A stretch of DNA of 64,000 bases from Vicinamibacteria bacterium (GTDB taxonomy: Bacteria > Acidobacteriota > Vicinamibacteria > Vicinamibacterales > JAENWD01): the NCBI GenBank assembly GCA_963739995.1, contig CAVUCH010000017.1:203353-267352 (forward strand), written 5' to 3'. Under the pieces are notes generated by a model. It ran no database searches and was not told the DNA's origin. It was given only the letters and a program-made list of their open reading frames with translations. The position numbers were made by a program, and so were the translations under genes. Shown piece after piece: positions 1-9,651 of the stretch (position 1 is its first letter; every line of letters begins with the position of its first letter).

Positions 1-24
1 CGGTCCTCAGGACATTAGTCGCGG

Positions 25-780
25 TCAGGATGTCTTGGAGCGACGTCCGCGGACAGCGCCCTGTGCGGGCACCCGGTGGTCGGCCCTGTCACGACTCGGT
101 CGCGCGGCCGTCGAGTTCTGCGGACTCTGTGCGAGGCCGTGGCTGAATGCGTACAGCACCAGCTCCAGACGATCCGAGAGATCCAGCTTGTCCAGAATCG
201 AGCTGACGTGGTTGCGGACGGTCGCTTCGCTGATGAAGAGCCGTTCGCCGACTTGTCGATTCCGCAGCCCTTCCGCGATGCAGCTGATGATCTCGCGCTC
301 GCGCCTGGTGAGCGTCGCCACCTTCGACGCTTCCTGGGCGTCCTCCGACCGGAGCCGCACGAGTCCGCTCACGATCGCGGCCAGGTCGTACCGCGCCAGC
401 CACAGCTCACCCGCGTTCACCTTGCGAATGGCCTTGAAGAGGACCTCGGGCTCATGTTGTTTGTGGACGATGCCTGCCGCCCCGGCACTGATCGTGCGCG
501 CGTGAGCTTGCGGATCGATGACGGACGTCAGCCCGAGAACGCGCGCACCGGGTATCCGGGTTACGAGATAACCAACCGCACCCTCGGCGCCCATCTCGGC
601 CGAGTCGAGGTTCACGAGCAGGACGTGCGGGTGCAATTCAGGCAGCAGCGGCTCAGCCGTGGACACATCCTCAGCCTCGCCCACGACGGCAAATCCCTGC
701 TCAGCGGCAATGAGCGAAGACAACGCCCGCCGCAACAGCGTCTGGTCGTCAACGAGGAAGAGGTTGATGGTGCCTGCCAC
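25..780 (-). CDS. NarL/LuxR-family two-component response regulator (REC + LuxR HTH)
   Basis: 251-aa ORF. N-terminal receiver signature (LFLVDDQ, HVLLVNLD). C-terminal LuxR-type HTH (LTRREREIISCIAEGLRNRQVGERLFISEATVRNHVSSILDKL). GTG start at 780. Confidence 0.85.
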   Translation of the reverse strand: MAGTINLFLVDDQTLLRRALSSLIAAEQGFAVVGEAEDVSTAEPLLPELHPHVLLVNLDSAEMGAEGAVGYLVTRIPGARVLGLTSVIDPQAHARTISAGAAGIVHKQHEPEVLFKAIRKVNAGELWLARYDLAAIVSGLVRLRSEDAQEASKVATLTRREREIISCIAEGLRNRQVGERLFISEATVRNHVSSILDKLDLSDRLELVLYAFSHGLAQSPQNSTAARPSRDRADHRVPAQGAVRGRRSKTS

Positions 781-1058
781 TGCTCGCCCTCAGGACCGCA
801 TTCGTTCTGTGGTCACCGACATGGCACCCAGAAAACGCTGCAAGGAACGTGCATGGCCGGCAGAAATGCACGACCTCGACATGCCCGGGCGCAGTTGGAA
901 ACGGAACGCTACCTGGGCACGACACCCACCTCTTTTGTGCCTCCTCTGCCATTGCTCGAACGTCTTCTCGAGCTCCGTGCTCGGCTTGGGGTAAATGTCG
1001 CGCCTTGCCGGCGGGGCACCTCCGCGCCCGCGGTGCGACGCCGGTCTTTCACCACGGG

Positions 1059-2450
1059 CTAGCTCCACGTCCTGTCCCAGGACCGTTCCTTGTCCCAGCC
1101 GGTTGTAGGCTCGAAGTAGCCGCTGCCGGGTCGGAGGTGTTCGCGAATCGCGCCTTCGTTCAACTCGATGCCGAGCCCCGGCGAATCGGGGACGACCGCA
1201 AAGCCGCGGTCGATGAACGGCTTGCCATCGATCGTCGTCACGAGGCTCTCCCACCACGGCACGTCCATCGAGTGGTGCTCGAGGGCCACGAAGTTCTCCG
1301 TTGCCGCCGCGCAATGCACGTTCGCCATGAACGACACGGGAGTGCCGGCGAAGTGCATCGCCATCGCGACGCCGTGCTCCTGTGCAAAGTCGCCGATCTT
1401 CTTGGTTTCGATGAGACCACCCGAGCTGGCGAGATCCGGATGAATCATATCGACAGCACCCATCCGAATCAGGGCTTCGAATGGTTCCTTCAGGTAGATG
1501 TCCTCGCCGGTCAGGATGGGAACCTCCACTTGATCCTTGATCTCCTTCATCAGATGACCGAGCTGCCAGGGCACCATGTCTTCCATCCAGGCCATCTGGT
1601 GAGGCTGCATGGCCCGCGCGAGTCTGATGCAGCTGTTCACACCGATGTGGCCGTAGTGATCGGAGGCAAGCGGCACCTCGGGCCCGATCACCTCGCGGAT
1701 GGCGGCAATCCAGTCCGACAGGAACGCGATCCCCTTGTCGGTGATCTCGATGCCGGTGAAAGGATGCATGATCGACTGGCTCCCGCTGAATGTCAGGCCG
1801 ACCGGCTTGCTCAGCATGCCAGGCTTGTCGTGCAGCAGGTTGATGCCGAAATCCTGCTTCAGGAAGGTGATGCCGCGATCCATGCGTGCCTTCAGCCGGG
1901 CTCCCTGCTCTTTCGGATCGTCCGTCTCCGTCGTGTCGGCATAGAGCCGCACGCGATCCCGAAAGCGGCCGCCGAGCATCTGCCACGCCGGTACGCCCCA
2001 CGCCTTCCCCGCCAGGTCCATGCAGGCCATCTCGATGCCACAGACGCCGCCGGCCTGTCGCGCGGGCCCGCCGAACTGCTTGATCTTGCGGAAGACCTTG
2101 TCGACGTGGCAGGGGTTCTCGCCGAGCAGCCGGCTCTTGAGGAACAGCGCGTACGTTTCGCTCGCACCGTCCCGGACCTCGCCGTAACCGGCGACGCCCT
2201 GGTTGGTGTCAATCCGGATGAGGGGGCACGTCATCGGCGCCTTCTCGACGACCGCGACGCGCAGGTCCGTGATTTTCAGGGCCGACGGCTCCGAGGCCCT
2301 CCTCACGTTCGACTGCACGAGATCGGCCGCCGCCTCCGCCCGTGCGTCAGCTGTGCCGGTGAGTCCGACGGCAACGGCGCTCCCGGCAGCAGCGCCCATC
2401 GACTTGAAGAACCCGCGGCGATCGAGCAGGCGTGCAACTGCAGATTTCAT
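1059..2450 (-). CDS. Enolase-superfamily enzyme (mandelate racemase / muconate lactonizing family) with Tat signal
   Basis: ORF 1059..2486; the ATG at 2450 is preceded by AGGGGGA. N-terminus MKSAVARLLDRRGFFKSMGAAAGSAVAVGL is a twin-arginine motif. The body (KITDLRV..IRIDTNQGVAGYGE, GIEMACMDLAGKAWGVP) is typical of MR/MLE. Confidence 0.85.
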   Translation of the reverse strand: MKSAVARLLDRRGFFKSMGAAAGSAVAVGLTGTADARAEAAADLVQSNVRRASEPSALKITDLRVAVVEKAPMTCPLIRIDTNQGVAGYGEVRDGASETYALFLKSRLLGENPCHVDKVFRKIKQFGGPARQAGGVCGIEMACMDLAGKAWGVPAWQMLGGRFRDRVRLYADTTETDDPKEQGARLKARMDRGITFLKQDFGINLLHDKPGMLSKPVGLTFSGSQSIMHPFTGIEITDKGIAFLSDWIAAIREVIGPEVPLASDHYGHIGVNSCIRLARAMQPHQMAWMEDMVPWQLGHLMKEIKDQVEVPILTGEDIYLKEPFEALIRMGAVDMIHPDLASSGGLIETKKIGDFAQEHGVAMAMHFAGTPVSFMANVHCAAATENFVALEHHSMDVPWWESLVTTIDGKPFIDRGFAVVPDSPGLGIELNEGAIREHLRPGSGYFEPTTGWDKERSWDRTWS

Positions 2451-2947
2451 TGATCCCCCTACTCCAGGGTGCCCGACGGCCCGCAACCCGGGCTCAATCG
2501 GCCTTGGCGCCAGTGGAGTCCGGCTGAAGCCGGACGCTTACGTATGGTGGACGACGTACGGTCACGACGGATGACTGATGATTGATGCCCATGACGCGTC
2601 CCTGCCGTTCTGCGGGCCGCCGTCGATCGACACGGTCCGCCAGCCACGGAGAAGAGTCGGGCGGCCGCGCATGCGATGATCGAGAAGCTGAAGGCGAGCG
2701 CGCGGAAACGTCGGAGGCGTGCCGGCCTCCCAGCGCCCGGAGGAACCATCCTGCGCTGACAGGCCCCACCGGCGGCTGCTACGCGCGCCGGAGGTGCCAG
2801 TCCAAACACGAGCAGAGCGGCGCCGCTGCCAGGCAGTGTCCATGTGCGGCTTCGGGGGGCCGGAGACATGAAGGCGGCCGCCATCATACACGAGGCGCGC
2901 CGACTTTCCGGGGCGCCCGGGTCCAGTCCCACACCAGTCTGCGAGGG

Positions 2948-3703
2948 CTATTCCGTTCTGGCTGCGGAGGCTTGCTTCCCGGGGGTGCCAACGGGGATGC
3001 CGTTCACTGATTCGTAATCCCAGGTCATGGCGAAGGAGGACGGCCCGAGGATCAGCACCTGTCCGGTGGACTCCATCTCGATTGGCACGCGCACGCCGGC
3101 GACGCGGGCATAGTGTCTGACGATATCCACACGGCGGGTCCAGAACGACGGCCGTTTCACAAGTCGTCCTTCCACACGCACGAGATCACCGGTGTCGGGC
3201 CGCAGGAACATGGCCCCCCGGAGCAGCATGGGCGCGTCGCGGTTCGGCGTGATGCCGACGCGGAGCAGGCCACCCTCCCGGCTGATGTCATCATCGAACC
3301 GGTAGTTGGCGCGGACCAGGGCGGCCGGCTCCCCGTCGCCCTCCTTAACCGCACGCGCCTCCATCTCGAGGGCAGGGATGAGGGCGCGGCTCTGGACCGC
3401 CGGGGACCCGGATCGCGACACGATCTCGTAACGGAAGCCGCGTGCGGGATGGAACTCCGTCCACGCGATGATTGTGGCCGCCATGCGGCCACCGCGCGTG
3501 GCGGCGCTCAGCCGGCGCAGAGCGCGATAGCTCGTCAGTGGCGACTGCTCGGGGCCGAGAAACCGCTCGAGCGCGGCCAACCGCACGCTGTCGCCGGCCT
3601 GCAGGGCTGGACCGGCGCCGATCGACAGGGCGGCCAGTCCGACTGCCACTGCAATTCCGCGGCTACGCAGGCTGACGACCCGCCCGTGCAGAACCTGCCC
3701 CAT
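2948..3703 (-). CDS. Secreted hypothetical protein (possibly LolA-like / lipoprotein-sorting fold)
   Basis: 251-aa ORF with a signal-like N-terminus (GIAVAVGLAALSIGAGPALQA) and a coding-like composition. The fold assignment is only pattern recognition. Confidence 0.55.
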   Translation of the reverse strand: MGQVLHGRVVSLRSRGIAVAVGLAALSIGAGPALQAGDSVRLAALERFLGPEQSPLTSYRALRRLSAATRGGRMAATIIAWTEFHPARGFRYEIVSRSGSPAVQSRALIPALEMEARAVKEGDGEPAALVRANYRFDDDISREGGLLRVGITPNRDAPMLLRGAMFLRPDTGDLVRVEGRLVKRPSFWTRRVDIVRHYARVAGVRVPIEMESTGQVLILGPSSFAMTWDYESVNGIPVGTPGKQASAARTE

Positions 3704-3801
3704 GCGTGCTGCTCCCCGGGGCTGCGACCCACCGTCGCATTAAAATGGGATCCGGCGACGTCATTTGTCTGCCCCGTCGCCGCCGATTGCAAGATCCGCG
3801 C

Positions 3802-4881
3802 TCAGACTCTCTTGAGCTTCGTCACCCGGCCCACCTCGACCCACTCGACGACGAAGATATTCCCCTCGTGATCGAACATGGCCCCGTGGGGACACACGAA
3901 CTTGCCGGCCGGGAACCCCGCGCGCGCTCCGCTCCGCAGTGCCTTCCACGAGTCGATGCCGTTGTCGCCCAGGTGCACAATCGGGGCATTTGCCTGATCG
4001 ACGAGCGTGACGCGCGCAAAGAGATCGGGCACGACCATCACGCCCTTGTACGCGTGGAAGTGACACGGGGCGTTGGTGCCGTCATAGAACGCCAGATGCT
4101 TGCCGTCCATCGAAAATGTCTGGAGCCGCCTGTTCCCGCGATCGGCCACGAGCAGCACCGGCTGTTTCCCGCGGTCGTCTACGATGAGCCCGTGGGGGCA
4201 ATCGAGCTGACCCGCGTCCTTCCCCTTTCCGCCGAACGTCCGTATGAACGCGGCATGCTGGTCGTACTGCGTGATGTAGCTCGAGCCGTAGCCGTCGGCC
4301 ACGTACACGTCGCCGTTCGACGCGATCGCCACGTTCGTCGGCGAATATTTCACTGCCGGCTTGCCCTCGGGGTCGAGCGGATAGTGCGGAGACTCCTTCG
4401 GATAGCCGAGCGTCCATACCACCTCTCCGTCGGTCGTCGCCTTCACCACGAGGGCCCGTTTCGTGTCGCACAGGTACAGGAACTCGCGGCTCCCTTCCTT
4501 ACGGATGTGCAGGCCGTGGGCGCCGCCTTCAAAATCACGACCCCACGACTTCACGAAGCGCCCCTCGCGATCGAACACGACCATGGAGTCGCGGCGCTCG
4601 CTCGTGGCGTTGACCGTGTGATGGATGTAGATATGCCCCTGCGCGTCTTCGCAGACACCGTGCGTGTTCCCGTACTGGATCGAGGCCGGGAGTTCGCCCC
4701 AATCGTGGTATACCTCGAAGGTGTGAGCGCCGTCCCCGACCACCGGACGCTTGCTGCCGGACTTGTTCGTGGCGTGCAGAATCACGGGCCCTCCAGCGGC
4801 CGCGACACCCGCGACGCCAACTGCCTGCAGGAACCGCCGCCGCGAAACCGACGCCGTACCGCGCTCGTGGGAGTCGCTCAT
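3802..4881 (-). CDS. NHL-repeat / six-bladed beta-propeller protein with Tat signal
   Basis: ATG at 4881 (GTG at 4884) preceded by AGGAGGG. Tat motif VSRRRFLQAVGVAGVAAAGG. Repeated motifs typical of NHL propellers (VYVADGYGSSYI, LLVADRGNRRLQTF, IFVVEW). Confidence 0.8.
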   Translation of the reverse strand: MSDSHERGTASVSRRRFLQAVGVAGVAAAGGPVILHATNKSGSKRPVVGDGAHTFEVYHDWGELPASIQYGNTHGVCEDAQGHIYIHHTVNATSERRDSMVVFDREGRFVKSWGRDFEGGAHGLHIRKEGSREFLYLCDTKRALVVKATTDGEVVWTLGYPKESPHYPLDPEGKPAVKYSPTNVAIASNGDVYVADGYGSSYITQYDQHAAFIRTFGGKGKDAGQLDCPHGLIVDDRGKQPVLLVADRGNRRLQTFSMDGKHLAFYDGTNAPCHFHAYKGVMVVPDLFARVTLVDQANAPIVHLGDNGIDSWKALRSGARAGFPAGKFVCPHGAMFDHEGNIFVVEWVEVGRVTKLKRV

Positions 4882-5056
4882 CACCCCTCCTGTGGAATCT
4901 CGGATGCGAGCGGCATTCTATGAGGCGGCTCGGCGGAACGCAATCGCTCAGGCCCGCAGCCGTCCGACCGCACGGCGGAATCAGGCGCGCACGGAACAAC
5001 GCCGAGGAGCGTGCAGCGTGAATGTGGCTGGCGCAGGATGTGTACATTATCGCGGC

Positions 5057-6025
5057 ATGAGTCCCGCCCGCGAGCGGCTTGGTTTCAGCTCGCAACTCAG
5101 CGGGAGGCTTTTCGTATCGATACTGGTGGCCGTAGCATGCCTTGCGATGCTCGGCCGCAGCACGGCCGAAGGGAAGCCGCAGGACGACCCCATCTCGGCG
5201 GCGCGTGAGCTCTATACGAGCGCCGCGTACCCGGACGCGCTCGCGGCGCTCGATCGCCTGGCCGAGAACCCGGCGGCGAACGATCGCGAGATCGCCACCA
5301 TCCACCACTACCGGGCCCTGTGCCTGCTGGCCTTGAATCGGCCGCAGGAAGCCACCAGTGCGATCGAGACGATGGTCGCCAAGGATCCGTTGTACTCGCT
5401 GCCTCAGGACGAGCTCGCGCCGCGCACGCGTCAGACGTTCGTGGAGGTGCAGCGCCGGGCGCTGTCCTCCCTTGCCCAGGAACGCTATGCGCATGCCAAG
5501 GCGACGTACGAGACGGGGCACCCGAAGCAAGCCGTCGCCGAATTCGATCGGGCCCTGGAGATTCTCGATGTCATTGCCGCAACCGGCGACATGCCGCCGC
5601 TGATGGCCGACTTGCGCGTGCTCGCGACAGGCTTTCGGCAGCTGGCCGCTGCGGCGAGCGCGGCCCTCCCCGAACCTGAGCCCACGTCTGGATTCTCCGC
5701 AGGATCCGGGGCAGGCGGGACCGACACGCAAGTGGCCGCCGCGCCGCGACAAGTCAACGTGACGCCCCCCGTCACCCTGCGGCAGGACGTCCCACCGTGG
5801 CCTCGCGGCGTGCCGTTCCCTGAACCGGCCGTGGCGATAATCGAGGTGGTGATAGGGTCGGACGGGCGCGTGCTCGAGACGCGGCTCCAGAAGGCGGTGA
5901 ATCCGCGCTACGACCAGCTCTTGCTGGCCGCCGCGCGCAGCTGGACATACCGGCCGGCGTTGCGGGACGGTCAGCCGACGCCGTTCGTCAAGGCCGTACG
6001 GGTCGAGTTGACCCAGGCGCGGTGA
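5057..6025 (+). CDS. TonB C-terminal-domain protein with N-terminal membrane anchor and TPR-like region
   Basis: Listed ORF is 4751..6025, but its 5' part overlaps the NHL gene. The ATG at 5057 gives MSPARERLG..LFVSILVAVACLAML. The C-terminus (IIEVVIGSDGRVLETRLQKAVNPRYDQLLLAAARSWTYRPALRDGQP) is TonB_C-like. Confidence 0.7.
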   Translation: MSPARERLGFSSQLSGRLFVSILVAVACLAMLGRSTAEGKPQDDPISAARELYTSAAYPDALAALDRLAENPAANDREIATIHHYRALCLLALNRPQEATSAIETMVAKDPLYSLPQDELAPRTRQTFVEVQRRALSSLAQERYAHAKATYETGHPKQAVAEFDRALEILDVIAATGDMPPLMADLRVLATGFRQLAAAASAALPEPEPTSGFSAGSGAGGTDTQVAAAPRQVNVTPPVTLRQDVPPWPRGVPFPEPAVAIIEVVIGSDGRVLETRLQKAVNPRYDQLLLAAARSWTYRPALRDGQPTPFVKAVRVELTQAR

Positions 6026-6102
6026 GGGTCATCTGCACGCGACGGGCATGACGCCAGACCGGCGGCAGCCTGATTTTTCAATCTTCATCGCTGAATCTCG
6101 CG

Positions 6103-7128
6103 TCAGCGTCGCAGGTCCACGCTGACGCGCGCGGCGGCACCGGAGCGGACGGTGACCTGCTGCCGGCGTTGACCGAGCTCCGGGTGAGTGAAGGTGATCT
6201 CATGCGTCCCCGGCTTCACCTCCACGCCACCGAGCGGGGTTTCACCGACCTCCCGCCCATCGATTGACACATTCGCCCATGGGACGGCGTTCACGTTTAG
6301 CGTCCCGGGCGGTACGGTGATCTGCAGACGGGCGGTCTTGCCCCGCTCGACGGACACGACCCGCGTCAGATCGACTCCGGCGGCCTCGCTCGAGAGGCGT
6401 AGGGTGTGCGTCCCGGTGGGGAGCATCAGCGGGTTCACGCGGGTCGTTCCCACCAAGCGGTCCCCTTCGAACACCTGCAGCTCCGTTGGCGCCGTGATTG
6501 AGAGCCATCCGCCGGTGCTCTGGGGCGGAGCAGGCGCCGGCAGTGGCACCATCACGGTCGTCGTGACCCCCGGGGACACCTGCACGCGCTGCCGCGCCGT
6601 GCGGCCCCCCGTGCCCCTTACCACCACCTCGTGCCCGCCCACTGGGAGATTCGTAATCTGAGCGGGCGTCGTGCCTCTGTGACGACCATTGATCACCACG
6701 GTGGCCGACGAGGGCTCGCTTACGACGCGCAACGTGCCGACCGGAGGTGGAGCGGGCTTTCGGAGGAACACGTGCTGCGCTGTCGTCGCGCCGGCGTTCA
6801 CCTGCACCGGCACCATGTGCCGGTCGTCGTCGGCGCGCAGCTCGATGTTGTACCGTCCTGGCTCGAGTTTCAGGGAGAGTGGCGTGGTGCCCCGGTCCTT
6901 GCCGCCGATGATGACGCGGGCCCCGTCTGGGGTCGAGTTGATGGTCAGCTCTCCCGAGGTCACGGCCGGGGCCGGACGCCATAGCAGCCAAGGGGCCGGA
7001 CGCCATAGCAGCCAGGCGGTGCCCGTCAGAAGCGTGAGGACGACCAGAGCTGCTGTCGCGGGCAGGACCCAGGGCAGACGCCGCGACGATGCAGCCGCGG
7101 CCGATGAGAGCCGCGCCGGCGCGTGCAT
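6103..7128 (-). CDS. PEGA-domain membrane protein (TM helix plus at least 4 PEGA repeats)
   Basis: From the ATG at 7128: MHAPARLSSAAAASSRRLPWVLPATAALVVLTLLTG (TM helix). This is followed by repeated PEGA-like units (INSTPDGARVIIGGKDRGTTPLSL; VVSEPSSATVVINGRHRGTTPAQI; VNAVPWANVSIDGREVGETPL). An upstream codon-biased segment lies in another frame; see findings. Confidence 0.75.
   Translation of the reverse strand: MHAPARLSSAAAASSRRLPWVLPATAALVVLTLLTGTAWLLWRPAPWLLWRPAPAVTSGELTINSTPDGARVIIGGKDRGTTPLSLKLEPGRYNIELRADDDRHMVPVQVNAGATTAQHVFLRKPAPPPVGTLRVVSEPSSATVVINGRHRGTTPAQITNLPVGGHEVVVRGTGGRTARQRVQVSPGVTTTVMVPLPAPAPPQSTGGWLSITAPTELQVFEGDRLVGTTRVNPLMLPTGTHTLRLSSEAAGVDLTRVVSVERGKTARLQITVPPGTLNVNAVPWANVSIDGREVGETPLGGVEVKPGTHEITFTHPELGQRRQQVTVRSGAAARVSVDLRR
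6968..7015. repeat. Perfect in-frame tandem duplication, 24 bp x2, inside the PEGA gene
   Basis: ggggccggacgccatagcagccaa / ggggccggacgccatagcagccag. It encodes WLLWRPAP-WLLWRPAP right after the TM helix. Confidence 0.9.
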
Positions 7129-7494
7129 CAGTCCCCTCGTCGAAGGGCGAGAGGTAGTCGGCCTCGAACGCTTCGTGCATGCCCGCTGCGGGCGTGAGCG
7201 TTGGGTGCGAGGCAGGCGCGTGCACGGCCGGTACGTCTGCGGCTGCTGCGCCAGCATCCACAGGCCTGCTGGGGGCCGGCGCCACCGGGTGGGCTGGAGC
7301 ACGCTCTTTTACGTCGATGTGTCCGAACCGCCGATCGGGCTCGGGGACGGGTGCTGTCTCGACCGCGTCGCGAGGTTGTTCCGAGCCGAAGGCCGAGAGT
7401 CCAAAACTGGTGTCGAGATCGAGCAATTCGCTCGCGTCCACGTCCGTCCCAGTCGGCGGTGTAACCAGACTCCCGGACCGGGGCGCCCTGCGAG

Positions 7495-8568
7495 TCACGG
7501 CGTTCTCCGCTCCGGTTCCCGCCATCGGAGTGGTCGCGGTGACGTCGTCCCCTGCGCCTCTTCAGCCGGCTCGTCTTCTGCATCCCCTGCCGAACGAAAC
7601 GCGCGCGTAAGGGTCCCTGTGCGGTCCTCGCGCTCGGCGACAGTCGGCGTCAGGTCGGCGACAGTCGGCGTCAGGTCAAAGTCTTCGCCGACCTCCGCAA
7701 TCACATCGGAATCGATCGGACGACGCTCGAGCGCGAATCCCGTTAGCAGCGCGTTGTCGCAGACCACGTTGATGGACCGCGGAATGCCGTGCGAGCGCTC
7801 GTGGATGGCGATCACCGCCTCGCGGGAAAACACCGACGCGGGGTCGCCGCCGGCGAGCGTCAGCCGGTGCGCGATATACGCGGCCGTGTGATGGAGTTCC
7901 AGCGGATCGAGCCGGCAGCGGAGCGCAACACGCTGCTTCAACTGGCGCAATCCCCGGTCGTTGAGGCGGTCCGCCAGTTCCGGCTGCCCCACCAGCACGA
8001 CGGGCAGAAGCTTGTCTGTGTCCGATTCGATGTTCGCCAGCAGCCTCACCTCTTCCAGGAGCTCGTGCGGCAGGCTCTGCGCCTCGTCGATGATCAGCGC
8101 CACAGCCGTGTCGGCGCGCCTCAAGCCCGTCAACGCCGCCTCGAGCTCTGCGAGGAGCCGTGCCTTGGAGGTATGCGCGTCGGGCGAGAGCCCGAAGCCG
8201 CGGGCGAGGTACTCAACGAATTCGGTCCGGGAGAGGGTCGGGTTCGACAAATACACGGTTCGGACGCTTCGCGTGCGCCCGGTGCCGCTGACGCCCTTTG
8301 CCATCACCCGCCGAAGCAGCGTCGTCTTGCCGGTGCCGGCTTCCCCTGTCAGAACGATCAGCCCCTTTTGCGAGCTGATGCCATAGTCGAGGTTCGCCAG
8401 CGCCTCGCGGTGACTGGGCGTCAACAGCAGGTAGCGGGGGTTGGGCGTGAGCTCGAATGGCCGCTCCGCAAGGCCATAAAACTGCCTGTACACATTGCCA
8501 CCCGGGAAAGTGAGCCGTTCAAGAATACCGCGAACTGCGATCGTAGCGGCACCTGTAACCGCGGGCAT
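7495..8568 (-). CDS. ExeA/GspA-like AAA+ ATPase (type II secretion protein A family)
   Basis: FYGLAERPFELTPNPRYLLLTPSHREALANLDYGI, followed by Walker A (LTGEAGTGKTT) and Walker B (ALIIDEAQ). Start taken at the ATG at 8568; the listed ORF extends to 8688. Confidence 0.85.
   Translation of the reverse strand: MPAVTGAATIAVRGILERLTFPGGNVYRQFYGLAERPFELTPNPRYLLLTPSHREALANLDYGISSQKGLIVLTGEAGTGKTTLLRRVMAKGVSGTGRTRSVRTVYLSNPTLSRTEFVEYLARGFGLSPDAHTSKARLLAELEAALTGLRRADTAVALIIDEAQSLPHELLEEVRLLANIESDTDKLLPVVLVGQPELADRLNDRGLRQLKQRVALRCRLDPLELHHTAAYIAHRLTLAGGDPASVFSREAVIAIHERSHGIPRSINVVCDNALLTGFALERRPIDSDVIAEVGEDFDLTPTVADLTPTVAEREDRTGTLTRAFRSAGDAEDEPAEEAQGTTSPRPLRWREPERRTP
7634..7675. repeat. Perfect in-frame tandem duplication, 21 bp x2, inside the ExeA-like gene
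   Basis: tcggcgacagtcggcgtcagg x2. It encodes DLTPTVA-DLTPTVA in the C-terminal tail. Confidence 0.9.
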
Positions 8569-8669
8569 CGGTCCACAGTCCTGCTTACAAACATGATACT
8601 TGTCCCAGACGCTCGAATGGGCGGCCAGCCGGAGGAGGACCGATACCGGGCTAGGGCTACACCGGCGTC

Positions 8670-9575
8670 GTGTGTACGATGAGGGCACGCGCCATGGGTT
8701 GTCAGGATCTTGCCACCTTCCGCGCCGTGCAGTCCCGCGTGATTGCGCGAATCTACGTGCAGAGCGGCGCCGAGCGCTGGGCGCTGTCGCAGGAGTCGCT
8801 GGCGGAGGCCCTCCACCGCAGCACCGCCAATCGATTTCCTGACGGAGCCCCGGACGAAGAGGTCGCTCGGTATCTCTCGACGCTGTACGTGGATGACCTC
8901 GCCCTGGCTGCCGCGTGCCGCGCCGGCAACGGAGCCGCCTGGGATCACTTCGTTCTCGACTTCCGTCCGGCGCTGTACGCCGCCGCTCGCAGCGTCGCCG
9001 GGGACGCCCACCGGGACCTCGCCGATTCGCTGTACGCGGAACTCTACGGAGTGTCCAACACCGGCGAGGAGCGCACCTCGCTGCTCGCCTGGTACCACGG
9101 GCGGAGCCGGCTCGTCACCTGGGTCCGCTCGGTGCTGGTGCAGCGTCACATCGACGCGCACCGCGCCGCCTCTCGCACGGCGCAGTGGGACCCGGAGGAG
9201 GAGAGCACCGCCGAACGACGAGCACATGCGTACGCCGCGACGCCCGACCCGGGCCGCGCGCACGCGGTCGCCATCGCGCAGGACGCCCTGGATGCAGCAA
9301 TCGCTGCACTGGAGCCGCGGGACCGCCTGCGACTGCGGCTGTATTACGGCGAGGACCTCACGCTGGCCCAGGTGGGGCGCATCACAGGCGAGCATGAGGC
9401 GACGGTTTCGCGCAAGCTCGATCGCGCCCGTACGGACCTCCGCCGCCGCGTCGAACAACACCTCCGTGCGGAACACGGCCTGAGCGATGCCGCCATCGCC
9501 GAGTGCTTCGCCCACGCCGCCGAGGCCCCCGAGCTCCATCTGACGCGGCTGCTCTCGAGAGCCGCGGACGGCTGA
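8670..9575 (+). CDS. ECF-type sigma-70 family RNA polymerase sigma factor
   Basis: Region-2-like segment (DDLALAAACRAGNGAAWDHFVLDFRPALY). Region-4 HTH (RLRLYYGEDLTLAQVGRITGEHEATVSRKLDRARTDLRRRV). Exact start uncertain (M1, M4 or M9). Confidence 0.8.
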   Translation: MCTMRARAMGCQDLATFRAVQSRVIARIYVQSGAERWALSQESLAEALHRSTANRFPDGAPDEEVARYLSTLYVDDLALAAACRAGNGAAWDHFVLDFRPALYAAARSVAGDAHRDLADSLYAELYGVSNTGEERTSLLAWYHGRSRLVTWVRSVLVQRHIDAHRAASRTAQWDPEEESTAERRAHAYAATPDPGRAHAVAIAQDALDAAIAALEPRDRLRLRLYYGEDLTLAQVGRITGEHEATVSRKLDRARTDLRRRVEQHLRAEHGLSDAAIAECFAHAAEAPELHLTRLLSRAADG

Positions 9576-9651
9576 GCGGGTCCGCACCGTGCCGGATGCA
9601 AGATCCAGACGGGTCGACCGTTCATTGGAGGAGGGCCGGAAGGGCCACGTG

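Noticed and set aside
849-2453. 534-aa plus-strand ORF
   Set aside because: It is antisense to the well-supported enolase-superfamily gene. Its R/P/H-rich composition is typical of shadow ORFs in GC-rich DNA.
4751-5056. N-terminal 102 codons of the 424-aa ORF
   Set aside because: They overlap the 5' end of the NHL gene on the opposite strand and have a junk-like composition. The ATG at 5057 gives a proper anchor sequence.
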